Of a DNA stretch of 45,175 nucleotides, positions 43,292 through 45,175 are shown piece by piece (positions within the stretch are counted from its first letter, which is position 1; every line of letters begins with the position of its first letter). Source of the stretch: Clostridia bacterium (GTDB lineage: Bacteria > Bacillota > Clostridia > Christensenellales > UBA1242); contig JAFYKO010000082.1 in NCBI GenBank assembly GCA_017537515.1, forward strand, positions 1 through 45,175. Direction: 5' to 3'. A program made the position numbers and the translations under genes. The notes under the pieces are model-generated. The model had not been told where the DNA came from and did not search any database. It saw only the letters and a list, made by a program, of their open reading frames with translations.

Positions 43292-44005
43292 TTATTTCAA
43301 ATTGAAAATGTTTTCTTTTGGAATATTGTATTTTTCTACAATCTCAAACACCTTTGGGGTTTGTCCAATTTTTTGCGGTTCGTGTGCGTCGCTGTTTATG
43401 ACAAACTTAACGCCAAGGTCAACCATAAGGCGAATTTCCTCTTCAGAAAAGCACATTTTGCTTTCGTTGAGTTCAATCAGTGTGCCTTTTTCAATGGCCT
43501 TTTTTGCAACCCTTTCAACATCGAAAGGCATCCCGTATTTTGGGTGTGTGATAATGTCGATTGGATACTTGTCCAATGCATTCAAAATACAAGTTGTATT
43601 TCTCTCAATTTGATTTTTTGAGGCTTTTTTTCTTAGAATGTTTGGCAAGAAGAATGTGAAAAAGTCCTTTGTTTTGCATTTTACAAACCTATGCATTCCA
43701 ACAAGAATAATATCCAAGTTTTCAATATCTTGTGGGGTTAGGTCGATATCTCCATTTGGAGAAGTAAAGTTTGCCTCTGCCCCTATGAGAATCTTTATAT
43801 TTGACTCACGCTCTGCAATCTTTGCTTCCTCTCGCATTTGCGTAAGTGCTTCTCTTTTCATAGCGTAAAGCCTATGGCCATAGCCGTGGTCAGTTATGGC
43901 AAGTTCTTCAAGCCCGGCTTTTTTGGCATTCAAGGCGTTTTCCATTATTGTGCCTTTGCCGTGGCTGTATATACTGTGTGTGTGATAGTCCCCTCTGAGT
44001 TTCAA
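43292..44005 (-). CDS. PHP-domain metal-dependent phosphoesterase
   Basis: DYHTHSIYSHG, ITDHG, and a C-terminal SDAHEP motif. TTG start with AAGGTAGGAA SD. Confidence 0.8.
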   Translation of the reverse strand: MKLRGDYHTHSIYSHGKGTIMENALNAKKAGLEELAITDHGYGHRLYAMKREALTQMREEAKIAERESNIKILIGAEANFTSPNGDIDLTPQDIENLDIILVGMHRFVKCKTKDFFTFFLPNILRKKASKNQIERNTTCILNALDKYPIDIITHPKYGMPFDVERVAKKAIEKGTLIELNESKMCFSEEEIRLMVDLGVKFVINSDAHEPQKIGQTPKVFEIVEKYNIPKENIFNLK

Positions 44006-44128
44006 TTTTTATTCCTACCTTTTAATTCTTCAAATTGTTTTAAGGTTTTTCCAAAAACCTTTTCAGCACAGATTTTTGAGACTATTGGACTTAATTTTTT
44101 TTTTGAAATTTTTTCATCAATACGGATT

Positions 44129-44992
44129 TTAATCAACAAGAATAAGTTCTTCTTCCAAAACAATTCCCGTTTCAGCAAAAACCTTGGTTTTTATTTTGTC
44201 GATAAGGCGTGCGATGTCGCTTGCGGTTGCATTGCCGGTGTTTACAATAAACCCTGCGTGTTTTTCGGAAACCATTGCCCCGCCTTCTCGAAGGCCTTTA
44301 AGTCCGAGTTTGTCTATTATCTCTGCTGGAACAACACCTTCAGACCGCTTGAAAACGCTTCCTGCATTTGCAAACCCTTGAGGTTGCGAAGAAAAGCGTT
44401 TTTGGAGATAAAGTTGCTGTTTATTTATTATAACATTTTTTTTGCTTTTTGCAACAACAAACCACACTTTTGTTATAAAATAATTTTTCAGACTGGACTT
44501 GCGATAGGAAAAAGAAATCTCGTTTTTGTGCAAAATTTTTAAACTTCCGTCTTGAAAAACCTCGACTTTTTCCACATAACTCCCTATTTCATCACCAAAC
44601 GCCCCTGCGTTCATAATCACTGCTCCGCCGACGCTTGCGGGAATCCCTGCACAAAACTCGAGGCCTCCCAGTTCTTTTTCGGCACAAAAGATGTGCATAT
44701 CGTCAAACCTAACCCCGCATTCGCATTCGAGAAGTAGTTTTTCCTCGCCGTCCGCTTCTTCGCTATAAAAACGCATACCCTTAAGTTTTTTGGTTGATAT
44801 AACAAGACCATCAAAGCCATTATCAGAAAACAATGTTTTTGTTCCGTTGCCCAAGACATAGAGTTTTCCCGAATGGAATTTGACGAGGTTGCAAAACTCT
44901 TTTATGTCTTCAACTTCGCAATAAAAAGAGGCTTTTCCACCACATTTGAATGAGGTTTCTTCGGATATTTTATAGTTTGTTTGAATTTTCAT
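44129..44992 (-). CDS. murB: UDP-N-acetylenolpyruvoylglucosamine reductase
   Basis: FAD-binding N-domain (FKCGGKA, GNGTKTLF), AGSVFK, and the C-terminal MurB domain. Confidence 0.9.
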   Translation of the reverse strand: MKIQTNYKISEETSFKCGGKASFYCEVEDIKEFCNLVKFHSGKLYVLGNGTKTLFSDNGFDGLVISTKKLKGMRFYSEEADGEEKLLLECECGVRFDDMHIFCAEKELGGLEFCAGIPASVGGAVIMNAGAFGDEIGSYVEKVEVFQDGSLKILHKNEISFSYRKSSLKNYFITKVWFVVAKSKKNVIINKQQLYLQKRFSSQPQGFANAGSVFKRSEGVVPAEIIDKLGLKGLREGGAMVSEKHAGFIVNTGNATASDIARLIDKIKTKVFAETGIVLEEELILVD

Positions 44993-45103
44993 AAAAATTT
45001 TATATGAAAAATTGTAAATTTTGTTGCAAAATGTATTTTTTTGTAGTATATTATAAATAACCTAGTCCTTTGGGTTTGGGTAATCTTATAAGGAGGGAGC
45101 TCT

Positions 45104-45175
45104 ATGAAAAACTGGCTTTGGCCTATTGCACTTATGGCAAGTACTGTTGTTGTGATTGTCAGCCTATTCTTGAAC
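45104..45175 (+). CDS. 5' end of a membrane/secreted protein gene (truncated by window edge)
   Basis: AAGGAGGGAG SD 4 nt before ATG 45104. Encodes MKNWLWPIALMASTVVVIVSLFLN, a hydrophobic helix. Confidence 0.5.
   Translation, partial: MKNWLWPIALMASTVVVIVSLFLN

Noticed and set aside
43838-44542. 234-aa plus-strand ORF spanning the PHP-murB junction (also 43211-43621, 39996-40583, 35019-35447)
   Set aside because: These are antisense to genes with unambiguous family motifs. They are Phe/Cys-rich shadow frames, and one crosses an intergenic spacer.
1-45175. Search for CRISPR arrays, tRNA/rRNA genes, transposases, integrases, phage genes, toxin-antitoxin or known defence systems
   Set aside because: No spaced direct repeats are present, and no ORF carries DDE/tyrosine/serine recombinase, Cas, restriction-modification or toxin signatures. 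Apart from the giant gene and GC elements the window reads as core chromosome.

Overview
This is a 45.2-kb AT-rich chromosomal segment from an endospore-forming, Clostridia-like Firmicute. The sporulation genes spoIIE, spoIIID, a SpoIIQ-like M23 protein and whiA sit among housekeeping genes (mfd, pth, murB, rpiB, cca, rmuC, gpmI, gap, acpP, helD). All but four genes are on the minus strand. I found no IS element, phage gene, CRISPR array, tRNA/rRNA or recognisable defence gene.

Main observations:
1. The first 12.6 kb looks empty in the ORF track. It is one uninterrupted minus-strand ORF starting at ATG 12593, at least 4197 codons long, that runs off the left edge. It encodes a giant N-terminally lipid-anchored surface protein made of Ig-like arrays and five GLUG-type beta-helix modules.
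2. Three GC-rich (63-82 % G+C) nested-palindrome elements sit just downstream of stop codons in otherwise A/T-dominated spacers: 20192-20247, 38295-38354 and 41722-41810. The third folds as a four-way junction.
3. Four genes carry a near-consensus extended -10 promoter only 6-7 nt upstream of their ATG, with no Shine-Dalgarno. This suggests leaderless mRNAs and shortens the ORF-track N-termini.
4. Two tandem SipW/ER-type signal peptidase paralogs carry internal insertions and a shared cytoplasmic tail domain.
5. A truncated GlmU-like gene lacking the nucleotidyltransferase signature occupies the glmU position upstream of pth-mfd.

Everything is hand translation and motif recognition. No database search was run.
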